Shown piece by piece: positions 13,467-27,108 of a stretch of 61,367 bases of DNA. The first letter of the stretch is position 1, and each line of letters starts with the position of its first letter. The notes beneath the pieces are model-generated. The model ran no database searches. It saw only the letters and a program-made list of their open reading frames with translations, and was not told the DNA's origin. Source of the stretch: Basidiobolus meristosporus CBS 931.73 (lineage: Eukaryota; Fungi; Basidiobolomycota); the NCBI GenBank assembly GCA_002104905.1, contig MCFE01000535.1, positions 1 through 61,367 on the forward strand. The letters run 5' to 3'. Both the position numbers and the translations under genes were made by a program.

Positions 13467-16400
13467 ATGGACGTTGAGGAGGAAGACGAGAGAGTGCAGG
13501 TCCGACTTCGAGTTTTCTCTACCCATTCCCCGCTCCCAGCCCTATTTCAGCCTATACGGGGTACCTTGCAATCCGGCCTTACTGATGACTTTTTGACTTT
13601 CTTCGTTGTTTAGACTCTACTGTCAGATAGATCGGAGTGCAAGCGACGGCACAAATCGGATGCTCAGAACCCCGAAACCAAAACGACCCCGCTTACAAAG
13701 TAACACCATTCTGTCCAAAGTTCCTGGAGGCATGCGGCGCTAACTCAACTTGAATAGAAGCTTACTGAGCCACTTGACCACCAGAGGTCCGCCAAGAAGG
13801 CGAGGGATACCGATAGCAATCCCTTCAAACCCACCCCCTACTCCGGTATGCGGTGGTTTATTTGATTAACCAGGCTTCTTCCATGTCAGCATGTTGGAGG
13901 GAAGCGATATTGTGGTATCGGTTATTCTGACCACTTTCCCTCCTGTAGATTGCGGCCACTCCAGTCAAAAAGCGCAAAGTAGCCACTGAGAAAGAGCCCA
14001 TCAGCTCTGGCTCGACTCTAAAGCGACTCGACTCAAGTCTTGTGGATGGTATGGCGCCCTTTTCTTGATGCCCAGTACAATATTAGATATTCAGAGCTGC
14101 CTTCGTACCTGATAGATCCCCAAGACTCTATTCTTGTAATAAGCGACGAAGAAAGAGTCCAAGTTTCTCCTCTGGCCACCAAATCAAAGCAAACCGTCCA
14201 CCAAATGGTACATAGCCAGGACAACCACAACCATGAAAGTACCAAATTTGAACAACCCAACGAAGTTGCGATGCAAGCCGACAATGTTCAGTCACCAGAT
14301 GAAATGGACGTAGCAAAGGTGTGGACAAGTGAAACCACCCATGGGATTTTTCAGTTGTTAACGCATTTCTTTGAAGATGGTCACCCCAACGAAGAAGAGA
14401 ATTTCGACTTTATTTGAGGAAGCAGGTAAAGACTGAATGCAACCGGCTGGTTCGGCCGCGGCACTGACACGTTCTCCAAAAGCAGCACAAACCCCCTCGA
14501 AGCTGGTGGCCAAGAAAGCCTACATCATTGAAGTGCCTAGCAATAGACTTTCGAAATCTCCAGTGGAGAAGATCATGCAGGTTGTAGAGCAGCCCGAGCC
14601 CGAAGTGAGTAGAAGCGCAGGGTTAAGAGTGTTGTATGAGATGGCTGACGGCTGATTCGCTTGTTGCCTAGATCAAAGCTGAGCCGCAAGTGCCAACACC
14701 AACCTCCCCACAAACATCGCCCAACCAGGGAACCGCCAACGGCCACCTCACATTGCCGTTAAAATTCTTGAAGATCGGAACATTGGAGTGTGATGGCCGT
14801 GAGCAGGTGGTCGAAATAAGCTATCGTAGCCAAACCTTGAGCTTCCTAGTAGATCTGAAGGAGGTGTGCTCCATCAATATCCTGGATATCTTCAAGCTTG
14901 AGGTGGGCATGATTCGGAATCCTCTGTGCCCCCGATACCTACTAATATGCGTTGCATAGTACTATGATCAAAACCAGCCAGAGCTACTTCTTCTCAAAAC
15001 CACCCACGCTCTCGAAAACCCCGATCTCGACGATTCCTACAATCCAGGCAAGTGTCTTCAGCCTGTTGCTTCTCCAGACGATTGAGCTAACCAGGCGCCC
15101 TCTGTCCAGACTCGTACATAGACAAGAAAACCAGGATCCTGTGCTTCTTCGACTCTCATAGTCAATTCGCCCGGTTGCGCAGAAGTCTGGTTGTATGCGT
15201 GCGACCTGAATGTGAAATCTTCATTCAAAAGTATTCCTCACTTGCTTCTTCACATACCGTACCGCGCTTGTTGTAACGCAAGTCATTTTGTAGACGTGAG
15301 CAATGGGCCACATTTATCAAGGAAGTGTCTCTCGATCAGCCAAAGACCCTCACTTCCCCCTCGAAGCCCATAAGTAATTCCGTGAAGCCAACACCAGAGA
15401 CCTCTCACCCAGACCTCACGTGCAGCGAGGGGGGGCCCAGTTGCGCGCCCTCAAAAAGTCAAGACGCGAGGATCGAGGAATGCAACCAAGAGGACGCGTT
15501 GGTCGACGAGGAGAAAAAGGAGGAGATAGTGATGGCCTCTGATTCTGTCACGTAAGCACCGGTTCTCTTGGCATTCCTAAGGAACATGTCCATACCACTC
15601 ACACCGTTATTCAGAACCCCAAGAAGATCTACTCGCATCACGAACCGAGTTCAGAGCTCGCCGAAGCCTCTCTCCCAAGAGTATGGTACAGTGCTTCTAT
15701 GTTGTACGACAGCAGTGAATTAACGCGCCGGTTGCGTGGTTAGCTTGTTTGTTTATCCCTTTACCGGAGTGAACTCCATCACAATCACTGGGGATGACGT
15801 GTTCCGACTTTCGGAGGGAGAGTTCTTGAATGACAACTTGGTGGAATTCTATTTGAAGTAAGCGGTTTCCAGCCCCGTGCGCACCACTCAACAAGTTCCT
15901 CACCTTGCACCGCCTCCAGATACTTCCAGAACCAGCTCATAGAGTCGAACCCCACCCTGGCCGATCAAGTGCATTTCTTCAACCCGTTTTTCTACAAACG
16001 GCTCACCCAGAAGGACAAGTCCAAGTCAGTCCTCAGCCTGTATCTCGAGTGATGCTCAGTGTCCTAACTCTGTTTTAGCAAAGCGATGAACGTGTACGAC
16101 AAAGTCAAGAAGTGGACCTCGAAGATCAACCTGTTCAGCAAAAACTACATCTTTATCCCAATCAACGAGAAGTAAGATTGTTCTGCGCTGTGATGCTTCG
16201 GGTAGATGTCGTTACTGATCCTTCGACTTGCCAGCCTCCATTGGTATCTTGCTTTGGTCTCAAACCCCTATCTACTGCTACCCAGCGAGAACTCAGCAGA
16301 GAAGGACCAATCCAGCAAAACGCCGGAGAAGCGTCCTGGCAAATCCTGGGGGCCCAATTCAATGGAGGAGATCGGTGATCCGAATGTAGTGGAGGTGCTT

Positions 16401-17002
16401 GAGCTGGATGATGTTGCTAATGGCGAGAAGAGCGCCAGCAGCAGTAGAAAGTGGGAGAATGGCTCATCAAGGTTTGGCGGCGTAGCTTGCACTGAAGTTT
16501 CCTGACATTTCTAACACCCAGCTAGCCCATGGATCGTGATTTTTGATTCCTTGGGGGCCAGACATAACACGGTTTTCAAAACGCTGAACACGTACTTGAT
16601 CAACGAGGCTAAAGAGAAACTTAACACGGACATTCAGGGCAAGGCGGTTGGTGTGTATGCCAAGGTACGCTCGGGAGGCTGAACATGATGTATGCTGCTG
16701 AGGCTAACGATCCCCTAGGTTCCGTGCCAGACCAATTACTGTGATTGCGGTCTTTATATACTGCAGTATGTGGAGACCTTTTTGAAAAACCCCTCCAAAT
16801 ACCTGGATATTGTTGCGGTACGTTCACCTGGATCGAATCGTGTTGGCTGGTGATTAATGCTCTTTGATAGAACCGAGTTGATAACAAGTTGGCCTGGTTT
16901 AAAAAAGAGGACATCCAAGGGAAACGAGCTCAGATACGGACGATTATTGACGACCTGACGCGGGACTACACGACGCGGCACGATTCAACGACGAATGCAT
17001 GA
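13467..17002 (+). CDS. ULP2: Ulp2/SENP6-7-like SUMO protease (peptidase C48), many introns; 5' exons approximate
   Basis: Catalytic exons at 15750-17002: [62 protein letters not shown] (His), IFDSL (Asp), VPCQTNYCDCGLYILQYVETF (Gln/Cys). A long low-complexity N-terminal region is spread over short ORFs. Confidence 0.88.
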
Positions 17003-17986
17003 CGCCATTTGACCGCCCGCTGTTCTGGTCGAAGTGATAGAGTGATGAACACCATGTATGATATCGAAAGATTTCTTAAACATCCGAATGTACTATATAA
17101 TTTATGGGTGCGCCTAAACCGCCTCCAAGATCTCCCTGTCTGTGTTTCATGTGGCTTTTTTTGTTAGATATACATAAGTCTACAACCATTTTGATAAACG
17201 TCATTTCATGTGTTGCAGCTAAACCAGTGCAATGTCTGTGTGGTTCGATTTCCTTCTTGGGCAGGCTTGATTGAAGAAGTCTGGGTGTGGAGAGGTACAG
17301 GTGTTGGTACTGGTGATATTTCAGGTGCCATGGGAGGGATCAACAATATGCTCTGCGGTCGGCATGGCACAAGGCCGGATGGGTGCACCTGTAGCCGGCA
17401 ATAGTGGCAAAGAGGTGCTGCATTCTCATGAGCCAGCTCAACTGTGGCGTTTAGAGCGAGGATGGGTTGGGTAACTGGATTGATGCATTACTGATGAGCT
17501 GACAGGCTGCAGAGTTTGGCTTTGCGCTGTACTTGGATCCGTGTTCCCCGATACCCATCCATGATTGTTTGTGATACAGGTGATTCGACGGAGAGGTGGA
17601 GGTGGAGGTGGGGGTGGTACAATGAACTTGACAGCTCATCAGGCTAGACAAAAAACCCGGAATCATCCATGTGTGAGCTATACTTCGACTACGCCCACAG
17701 AGTCGTGGTATGCTGATTCCAGTCGATTCTCGTTTCACTCTTACCGGAACGAGAAAGGTGTTTTGCCTCTAGGATGACCTATCTTTTATCGGACATCTTG
17801 CTCCGCAATACAGCCTCATATGATGTAGAATAGATTTGGTATTTGGGTCAACACACCAGTAGGTGTAAGCATCGCAGCGGGATCATTGGGTCTCATCTTA
17901 CACTCATCACTCTCAGGATCACGTATAAAGTGAAGTGCACGAAGGGGGGGGGCGATCGTTGACGTTTAGTTTCAATTTGTATTAGC

Positions 17987-20321
17987 ATGAGCAGACAGGA
18001 TACTTACCAGGCCGCATTTTTGCAGTTCCATGGAGATACGGAGAGACGACTCCTTTCTACTGAAACTCCTTACCTGCTTATCCCTCTAGTCCAAGAAAAA
18101 GGCCCATTGATACGCCGATTGGATGTTTTTGACAACGAAGCGGAATACACCGATGCTGCTGCCCCAGCAGTGATCTCTTTCCAGCCTATGGAGCCAAACG
18201 ACCAGCCTCTCTCACGGCCAAAAGGCCAGCCACCAAGGAAAACCCCTGGCAAACCCAGTCTAGTGGAAAAGCAATGTAACAGAGCTTACAGATATTTGCC
18301 TTTGCGTACGCTACATAGGAGCAGCATCTTCGAAACCCAACGGCGTTTCGGTGCATTCGATGATATCCAGAAGATCCCCAATTACATCGAATGCGTGGAC
18401 GATGCCAACTTCGTATGGAGGCAGAGACCAGGTACGACCGATCTACATTCCGATCTTACCCGTAGTCCGGATGCTGGCTACCTAGTGCCCTGGCTTTTAA
18501 CCCATCTGAACGTCCGATCTAGGCAAGCGAAAGTTGCCGGGGGAATACCGGATTATGCAGAAATTCATGAGGCTCTATTTGTTGAATCAGAGCGAATTTC
18601 AAGAACTCGCTGTGTGGGAAGAAGGTGCGCTTCGTCTATGTAACTTTTCTACGAATCATCCACTAAGTAGTTAAGAAAAGAACCCAAGGAGAGTCCGGAC
18701 CGGGACATTCTGACGGTAGACCGCAGTAGGATTGTATATTCATGGCGCCTGATACTGAATTGATGTTGCATATGCGTCTAACAAAGCCATTCGGCCACTC
18801 GGATTATGAGTCGGACGCGGACACGCCTGTCGTCAAGAAGCCCAAATCAGATTCTTCCCAGAGGAGCACCCTCACACTGGCAGCAATCCAGGCGGCCATT
18901 CAAGGATGGCTGGATAAAGCCACCCTCACCTGGCAACAAAAACAGTAACGAGCCTCTGAATATTCCTATGTACACGATATCGCGTAACTCACCAGGCACC
19001 ATATACCGACAGACTCCCGAAGTTGGAGAAAAATAAGCTCAAGCTATTCAAAAATAGCTCCCGATCATTTGGTCGAGTGATTCATGAGCTCGAATATCAT
19101 GAGCTGGTTAGTCCTATTCTTAAAAGTGGGTTTTGGGTCAACATTCCTGATGAATTTCAAACTCCCATATTAGAGATTGAACAATCTAGTGAGCACCATC
19201 AGCAGATCTCGGCCCAAAGATCACGACCAGGTCACAAAGCAGTGCGGTTCCCTAACTGAGACCTTTAACAAAATAGTGGAGCTACATTGGACAAAGGCGC
19301 TTATTCATTCCGAGTCGTACCTACCGAAATTTTATGTGGAGATGGGAAGCGCTGGCAATATGGACCTTACAGTTAACGTGGCGCATGTCGAAAGTCATGA
19401 CGCTGAGAGCTTACTTGGTGACGCCAGCTCCCAACCGCTGGCAGCACACACTGCATCCACCCACACCAAATTCACTTCCAAAGACAAAGGGGAAATCACC
19501 CCACTGAAAAAACAAATCACAGACCATGCCCAGGCGCTCCTTAGCCCTCAACACATTCGAGGCCAGTCAAAGGTTGTTCAATCAATAGACCGTGGCTTTT
19601 CACACGTCTCAAAGTACTTCAAAGAAAGAGAATGCTCTAGTCCAGAAAAGTGCCATTTAAGCAAGGAGAAATTCATCGTGGATCACGAAACGGATGCTTG
19701 CATTAGTAATAGGGCTAGTCAGGATCGCAAGCTCAATGGTGAAATCGATTCCCATAGCTCAGTCAACCGTGAAAACTCGGGCGATAGGGAAACAGCCGGG
19801 CAGAACAAGGGATTGGATAGCCATGTACCACGATCGATGAAAGATCGCGATAGCTACGAGGGCTGTGCGTTGCCAGAGATCAAAACGGAACCCCTCAGCG
19901 GGTCAGCTAATGAAGTGCCGAAAAACGAAATCCACAGACCCTTGAAGCCAGTTATCACGGCAAAATCAAACATATTTGCTCCGATTTCGTATGCAGACTT
20001 GCAGAAGAAGCGTGAGTTGATATTCAAGCGAGCAAGGATCAGAGAGAACCATGCTATGAATTCCTGGCTGAAGACATCGGAGGAACAGTATTCGGATGAA
20101 ATCCTTTCGGGTGCTACTGGCGCAAGATATTCATTGGACAGGCATCCGAATGACCCTTCCTCGGATTTCTCAGTGGTAAAGGACAAAGAAGCAACAAAGG
20201 ATAGGAACCCCACTGGGCTCGATGTCGATTGTAATAAGCCTATGAGAAAAATTGTTCCAGATCCCTTTGGTTGTAGAAGGTAACGACATGTCACCTGAAG
20301 AATTTTTCCACTACTGGTATT

Positions 20322-20384
<63 letters not shown>

Positions 20385-23300
20385 GGCTAGTGTACAAACC
20401 AGAAAGACATAAAAATGTTGATGCTCTGTTTTCTTCCTGATGATCCCTACTACACGATAATTTACCGATGCTACATAGGTGATAATCAATCATGGTCATG
20501 GCAAGGACCAAGACGACATCCATATCAACTCCAAGTTGACCAAGGCTCTGAAGGAACATCAGGTTCTTTGCAAACAACGATTTCCTTGGGGTTGATCACT
20601 AACCTTTTCATCCATAGATTCGAGGGGTGCAATTTTTATGGAAGAATATTGTTCAAGTCAATCAGCATGGATGCGTGCTCTCCCAGGCCATGGGTTTAGG
20701 TATCCGGACAACTCTGACTGCAGTAACCAAATCAGCTCGTTAACTTTCTGATTAGGGAAAACGTTACAGGTTATTGTGTTTCTCCATACATTATTCCAAG
20801 AAGTCAAAAGTGGAAATGATCATATTCCAAGCAACCTTCATGTAAGTCACTTCAATGCCGTCTCTACTCGCGGACTAGCCACTCACGTGTATCTAGAACC
20901 TCAAAGTACTTATCCTCTGCCCGCCTACACTTATTGACAACTGGGAGGCCGAATTTGTGAAATGGCTGAAAGATGTAGACTCGCCTGACTGCAAGGCTAT
21001 CGAGTCGGTTCAAAAACTGCGTAAGCAAGCTAGATAGCTGGCTCAATTTTAGACGCCCCACTAACATGCCTGCCTATACACAGCAAGCCGATTAAAACAA
21101 AAACACGTCGCAATCAATGAATGGGCCAAAAATGGGGAGATCCTGATAATGAGCTACCAAAGCTATCGAGAGCTCGTTATTAATGACGAGAGGGATGTGT
21201 CGTCCACGAGGCCAGAGATGACCCGACAAATACTGACCTTGGTTCCTGATCTGGTCACAACTGACGAGGGCCACATATTGAAAAATGAGAATGTACCACT
21301 TTTCATCATGTCCTGTTGGTTAACATTAAATAATTCCGCAAACGGTGCACTAGACCAAAATCGCTGCTGCTATGAAGAAGATCCGGACCCAAAACCGAAT
21401 TTGCTTGACTGGCTACCCATTGCAAAATCGATTGGTAAACCTCTGACCATTTTGTGTGCTGAACTTTCCGCTAACAGGGTTGGTGTTGTCAGGAGGAGTA
21501 TTGGACAATGGTAACCTAGGGTCCACAAAAAAGTCGTCGAAGCAGTATTCATGTACATTCATTCGTGATCAAGATCAATTTTGTTGCTCAGAACTACCTA
21601 GGTTCACTCGTCGAGTTTCGGCATAAATTTGTACAACCGATCACCGAGGGCCTATTTCCGGAGAGCACATCAACCGAAAAACAGGTAATCAATCGTCAGC
21701 ACTCTCTCATTTGTGAGCAGTAATCCATAGGCTGTATAATTAAGCTAGCAGCGTCCAGACTTGCCGCATTGAGATGCCGTATCGGGCCCGCGGTCCAAAG
21801 GTCAATAATAGGACGATAGCCGAGCTATCTTAATTGTCAACTAACAACTTGTTGAACAGAGTGTCTACCTCGATTCTTGAGAAAGAATTACCAAAAAGAC
21901 ATCAAGTAGTCATAGTAGCGCGATTGACGGAACTTCAGATTAGTATGTACAAGGTATGACCGATGGTGTCTCAATGGGATCTGCGTGTAGGCACTTATAT
22001 TGTCCTAGAGCTTTCTAGCTTGGTGCACAAGTGGGTTGGCAACAATCCCCAGTATACTGGTCAAGACCCACATGCTTCTTAGGATATGCGATCATCCAGC
22101 CGTAGTCAAGGTTCGAGTTTACTTTTGAGTTTGCAGGGTGTCGAATCGACTGATGCTTCTTAGCAATTTGAATACGAGCTTGGAGTTGAAATGGAAAATC
22201 AGACCGGTAGCGCAGCCGATTTTGAGAATGTGACAGCGTAAATATACTTCAACAACTTTAGCTGACAGACACTACTAAGTTGTGCAAACGGTTGTAGAGA
22301 AGCAACAAGTCTTTCGAGGACTTGGACCGAGCTCTCCAAGTTTCTGGATCGCCCTGGTTAGCAAAACGGTCACCAAGTCCAAGCTTTGTTGCAGCAGAAC
22401 CTCATTTTGCATTGGACAACTAGATATCGAGAACATATGCCACTCGAACAAGATACGTATCTTGATGACCATTCTAACATTCAGCAAAAGGAACAGAGAC
22501 AAAGTGCTGGTGTTTTCAAGGAGCATCCCGATGCTAAGTAGGGCTTCACCTTCCCATTAGCCAGTGGCTCAGTCATGTAAATTCTTTTGGTTCAGATTTC
22601 ATTGAGAGCGCGATAGCCTCGAAGCCTGGACCGAAGATCAAGTATTTGAGATTGGACGGGAATGTGCCGCTACCAGTAAGACCAACACCAATCCTCGTGA
22701 GCGGAGACAATGCTTGGAAACTAACGCGAATTTCAAAGCAACGCCAACAGACCATCGATTCGTTCAACAGATTAGAAGAGTATGATGCTCTCTTGATTTC
22801 GAGTTGGGTAAGACGTGCGCCACATCACTATCTACAGCATTCATGCATTTATGCTACTGGGGAATGATTAGATTGGATCGGTTGGGATTAATTTAACCGC
22901 AGCAAATCGGGTAGTGATTTGTGATGTTGGTTGGAATCCAAGGTATGACTGCAGCCAGTGACAGATAGCACCTTCATGCTGATTTTGTGTCATTGAATAG
23001 TATTGACGAGCAAGCCATAGCTAGGGTAGGCTCTGGATTTTCTGGAGATCTTTATCGCCCGGGGCCTAACATTTACGTCCTAGGTGTATCGATATGGTCA
23101 AAAGAAGCAAGTTTATGTGTATCGTTTAATAACGGCAGATACCTTTGAGGAGTGTCTGTTCCGCTACAACATCCATAAGATTGCACTTTTTGCGTACGAA
23201 TTCTTATTCATCGTCTATTCAAACAACCTAGTACTTTACACGTTAAACCTCTAGTCGTGTGATCGACCATCGCAACCCCAAGAACCATTTCACGCGAAAG

Positions 23301-23654
23301 GAGATAAGCCATTTAATGCAAGAGCCACAAAACAACCAAAAGCCGTTTGTTCCCGAGCGACTCTACAGTGATGAAATCCTGAATCTATGCATAGGAAGGT
23401 AGGGTCCAACTGGAAGGTTATCTAAGCCTCCCTGCGGTCGCTGATGCCATTGTTCTTTCAAGAAATCCGCACACAATCGTCGACATACTGGATCCGAGTC
23501 AGTATATGGTGGAAGACAAGGAACAATCGCACAAGGGGGTATGTTTGCATCACTAGAAATGGAATGTTACGCTACTAAACGGCGTCTATATGTTGTCGGA
23601 TACATAGAAGATGGAGATTTGAGGTATAAGCCAGCTCCATCCCGGCCACCGTAG
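17987..23654 (+). CDS. SNF2-family ATPase of the ATRX/RAD54L2 (ARIP4) type, many introns
   Basis: Reconstructed exons give ALKEHQ|IRGVQFLW, GCVLSQAMGL|GKTLQVI (Walker A), LILCPPTLIDNWEAEFVKW, PDLVTTDEGHILKN (Walker B), RICLTGYPLQN, NYLGSLVEFRHKFVQPI, YLRLDG, GINLTAANRVVICDVGWNP, RVYRYGQKKQVYVYRL. Joining the 17987-20283 ORFs to it and the exact 3' end are inferred. Confidence 0.85.
20324..20381 (+). repeat. (CT)29 microsatellite inside an intron of the SNF2 gene
   Basis: Direct count of a perfect CT dinucleotide run, followed by GAAG (AG at 20384-20385). Confidence 0.98.
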
Positions 23655-24006
23655 GCCACTATATATGCGCAATCCAACGTAAAATGGTAAAATGGCAAAA
23701 TAAACTTGCTGCACACATGCAACATCTTTTGTATGGAATGTATTCTGCCTTATACTTCGCCATCCATATGCAAATTGGCACCCGTGGATACAACTCAGGC
23801 CAAGTAGACCTACCATGTTTTTGTTTTGCTATTATAGTATGAAGATGGCTTTATTCCTCCTCCTCTGCATAAGCTATCTGTGCAACTCGTCCTTGGTAGA
23901 ACGCTTGCGGAACTACGTCGTAGTTAATAATAACCCCTGTGGCATGTTTGTGTTCATGACTTGGCCGAATCCGGAAAGGTTCATATCAATGAACGACTAC
24001 CACCCG

Positions 24007-25329
24007 CTATTCCATACCTAACGCTTGCAATTCAGGAGAACAGTATTGATCATCATTCCACCAGTCATCGAAAGAAATATCGACATCTTCAGGGATGAGG
24101 ACCCGGTCCGTAACATGAACCACGCCGTTTCGTGAGATCAAGTCCGTGTACAAGATTCTAGATTCATGGTCGGCCCACAGGGTAGAGCTCTTGGAGTGTG
24201 GTCGCTTAACTTCGATTTGGATTCTTGCGCCAGAAAGCGAAGGCAGGCTCCTACTTCTGCAGACAACATATTTATTTTTCTTTATAGATTTTTCGAGCTC
24301 ACCGTGAGTAGGGACGTCGCTTACAGGCATACCACGCGAATAGTATTCAAGATGTCTGAAGCTGCTGCTGTAGGCCAATTTAGGGGACAAGTGGTGCTTG
24401 ATGATCTTTTCCAAATCCTTTCTTCCCTTCACCGAGAAAAGATATCTTAGATTTCTACAGCCTAGATTCCGAAATGCTAGATTGGTAGGTGCCAGAAATG
24501 TCAATCCCCGACTGGTCTCTAGGGTATGGTTTAAGCCCGTTTTCTGCAAAGCCAGATTGACTGCTGAGAATTTTTTCGGAAGACTGACCAATGTATCAGT
24601 GAGAACTAATGGCTCATTCAGTAGTCTTGAGATCACATGGACCACCCCATTCGACGCACGCAGGTCCGCCTCCTCAACTTCAGTCCCCTCATTCAACACT
24701 ATGAGGCCCCTGTCGTTTGAGATTTTGATCCGTTGATGTTTGCCGTGTAGCTCCGTTTCTTTGACAATAGTCTTGAGGACCCGCATATTCTTCATGTGTC
24801 TGGAGAGCACTTTGCCGGGGATTGTTTGGTACTTCAAGATCTGTGCTCAGAAGTAAAGATATGAGTAAGCTCGCATATGGGAGTGATGAGATGATTATCA
24901 GATTTGGTAACAGCGTGGGGCACTACAGCACCTTTCTAAGCTGAAAGAGTCTTCTCTCCTCATCATCGGCATCTCCGTCGCCATCTTCGTCGAGGAACTC
25001 AGCGATTGCATCGTTCGTGGGCGCAAAGAATGTAATCTAGGTAAAGCTGGTTAGAATTGGGCTGCATTGTGCAAAGTGGTAACATCATGTCTGACTTGCT
25101 CTCTGGGGTTCGTAAAATGCTCAGACAAACTACTCTCTGACGCAAGAATATCTAAAACTCGAGAGAATCTTTTATCTTTTTTCAGTAGATCGAAAATGGT
25201 GGGACTCCAACTATCCTCCTCTTGATACTTCTCCAGAGGCGCTGAAAGCACATGCTGTCTGTGCGCTGACTGGGCTATCACTGCCTGGGTGAGCAGCAGG
25301 CCCAAGGTACAATGAATAAGGTTTTTCAT
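24007..25329 (-). CDS. Secreted fasciclin (FAS1) domain protein, two FAS1 domains, spliced
   Basis: Signal peptide MKNLIHCTLGLLLTQAVIA; motifs ITFFAPTNDA, ASNGVVHVISRLL, TFLAPTNLAF, SRNGVVHVTDRVLIP. The 3' end could have one more intron. Confidence 0.88.
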
Positions 25330-25930
25330 CACTTCTGTTAGTCAAAGGGATTCTTGCTAAAGCTGAAGAGCTAAGGATCGAATGAGACAACACTCTCTTG
25401 AATATTGAAAACATGCCTACAACCGTCATTCAATTTGAAGTCACATGTGCTAAGCCACCTTGATTAACATAACAAAAGATTGGGAAATATCTCACCTTGA
25501 TTACGTCAATCCAATTATATATGATGTTTGGACTAGGAATCGACACACCCATAGAATGGCGGTATTTAATCGCTTGGTAACAGGACTAGTAGTAGTATCC
25601 AGGCAATGCTACCAAGCCACCAGACTCTTAAATCAAGCACCCATCCATACCGATTGTCAGTAAAATAAACAGGCCTTCTGTTCTTCGATGAAGTAGCTGT
25701 ATCTCCGATACCCGAACCCCAACTCACCCCCTCTGAACAAGCCATAATGTGACAACGGATAGACAACTCATGGCAACACATGGTGCCCTAGTCTAGAGGT
25801 GGGAGCAAATAACTAGCATTACAAAGACAGGAGACTGTGACATTATAAGTGATCTATCTGTATGTATTATTAATGAATAAGTGACGAGACTAGGATGATT
25901 CAAATTGGATAATGCGGCAGGTCCCCCTGG

Positions 25931-26629
25931 CTAGATGGAATCAGTATGGATCATGTTGAAGCCAAACAAGCGGACACGATGCATTGCTGGTAGCTTCCCA
26001 ACCAGATTGACAGTCAACGCAGTTATGTTAATTAAAAAGGTGGTCCCGTCGTAATGGGTATAATGGATACCCAGAAGGAAGCTAGATGCAAGAGAGGTGA
26101 GATTGGGCTTTTCAGCCTACAAGTGGGTCGCTTCGAACTTACAGGAGAATTGGCGCAGCAGTAAAATACTTCTTGGAGGGGGAGAATTGAGCCCCATTAT
26201 CCATCTGCTCCCATAGGGTAAGCTCATCATAAGCACCCTGATTAAACTCAAATGGGATTCCGATGATCCAATGAAATATAACAAAGCTAATCTGAAAGAA
26301 TGGACCGTTAGACGGGGCAAAAGCCACGAGTGAGTAGACTGTAATCCATACGATGTTGTAGGTGAGGTTGGTAAGTGTCCAACTCGCTTCTTTCGAGATC
26401 CCAGGAAATACACCAAAGAGCACCTTGAGGGCAACTATCAGGATTATATTGAACACCCATATCCCTTTTACATTGTGAGGCATGAGTTATGGCACGAACC
26501 TGGCGGCAACAAAAAGTCATGAACTTAGAAACCTTTATAGTTGACCCATGAGGAGTTCAGATTGGTTTGACAAGTGGTGTCAGTGTAGGCAGCATGGTTG
26601 GAGGATTTCTGGTGGGTAATCACAGGCAT
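25931..26629 (-). CDS. ORM1: ORMDL/Orm1 regulator of serine palmitoyltransferase, spliced (a further 5' exon is possible)
   Basis: NLNSSWVNYKG|IWVFNI, SWTLTNLTYN, FHWIIGIPFEFNQGAYDELTLWEQMD, KKYFTAAPILL|FLLGIHYTHYD, KLPAMHRVRLFGFN. Confidence 0.93.
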
Positions 26630-27108
26630 TAGCGAAGTTGACCGGTTGTTTCTATCTCGGAATGGCTCCTGATAAGAGACAGCAAAAGAACTAAACTATG
26701 TGAAGGGAGAGAATATTCGAAGCAACCAGCTCGGGAGTCAAGTCTGCAGTAGCTTTATATCCATCATTTCCGACCTCGACTGTAAGCGCTATTCGCACAA
26801 TAAGCTTATCTTGACAACCGAGTGGAAGTGACCAAAATGGATATTGAGCCATTATTACTTGCATACCAATTAGGCGTAGACCTCGAACGTTTGATGGCCA
26901 CATCGTTTCATTGTAGAACATTGATGAAATTTTGGTCGCCAAATGGTAACTCGCTATCATTCGCAGCAATAAATTTGTCGGGACTAGATTGGCCATCGTA
27001 TATTCGAGGATCCATTCCTGCAGACCAGAAATTATTGTGTATATTTGAGATGGTTTATTGAGAGCGCTCATGTGCGCTGTCAAGGTGGTAGACCAGCACT
27101 GTTATGGA

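Noticed and set aside
17200-17780. GGAGGT run and short ORFs
   Set aside because: Low complexity; no supported gene model.
19854-20577. ORFs with (RE)n tracts
   Set aside because: Antisense translation of the (CT)29 microsatellite.
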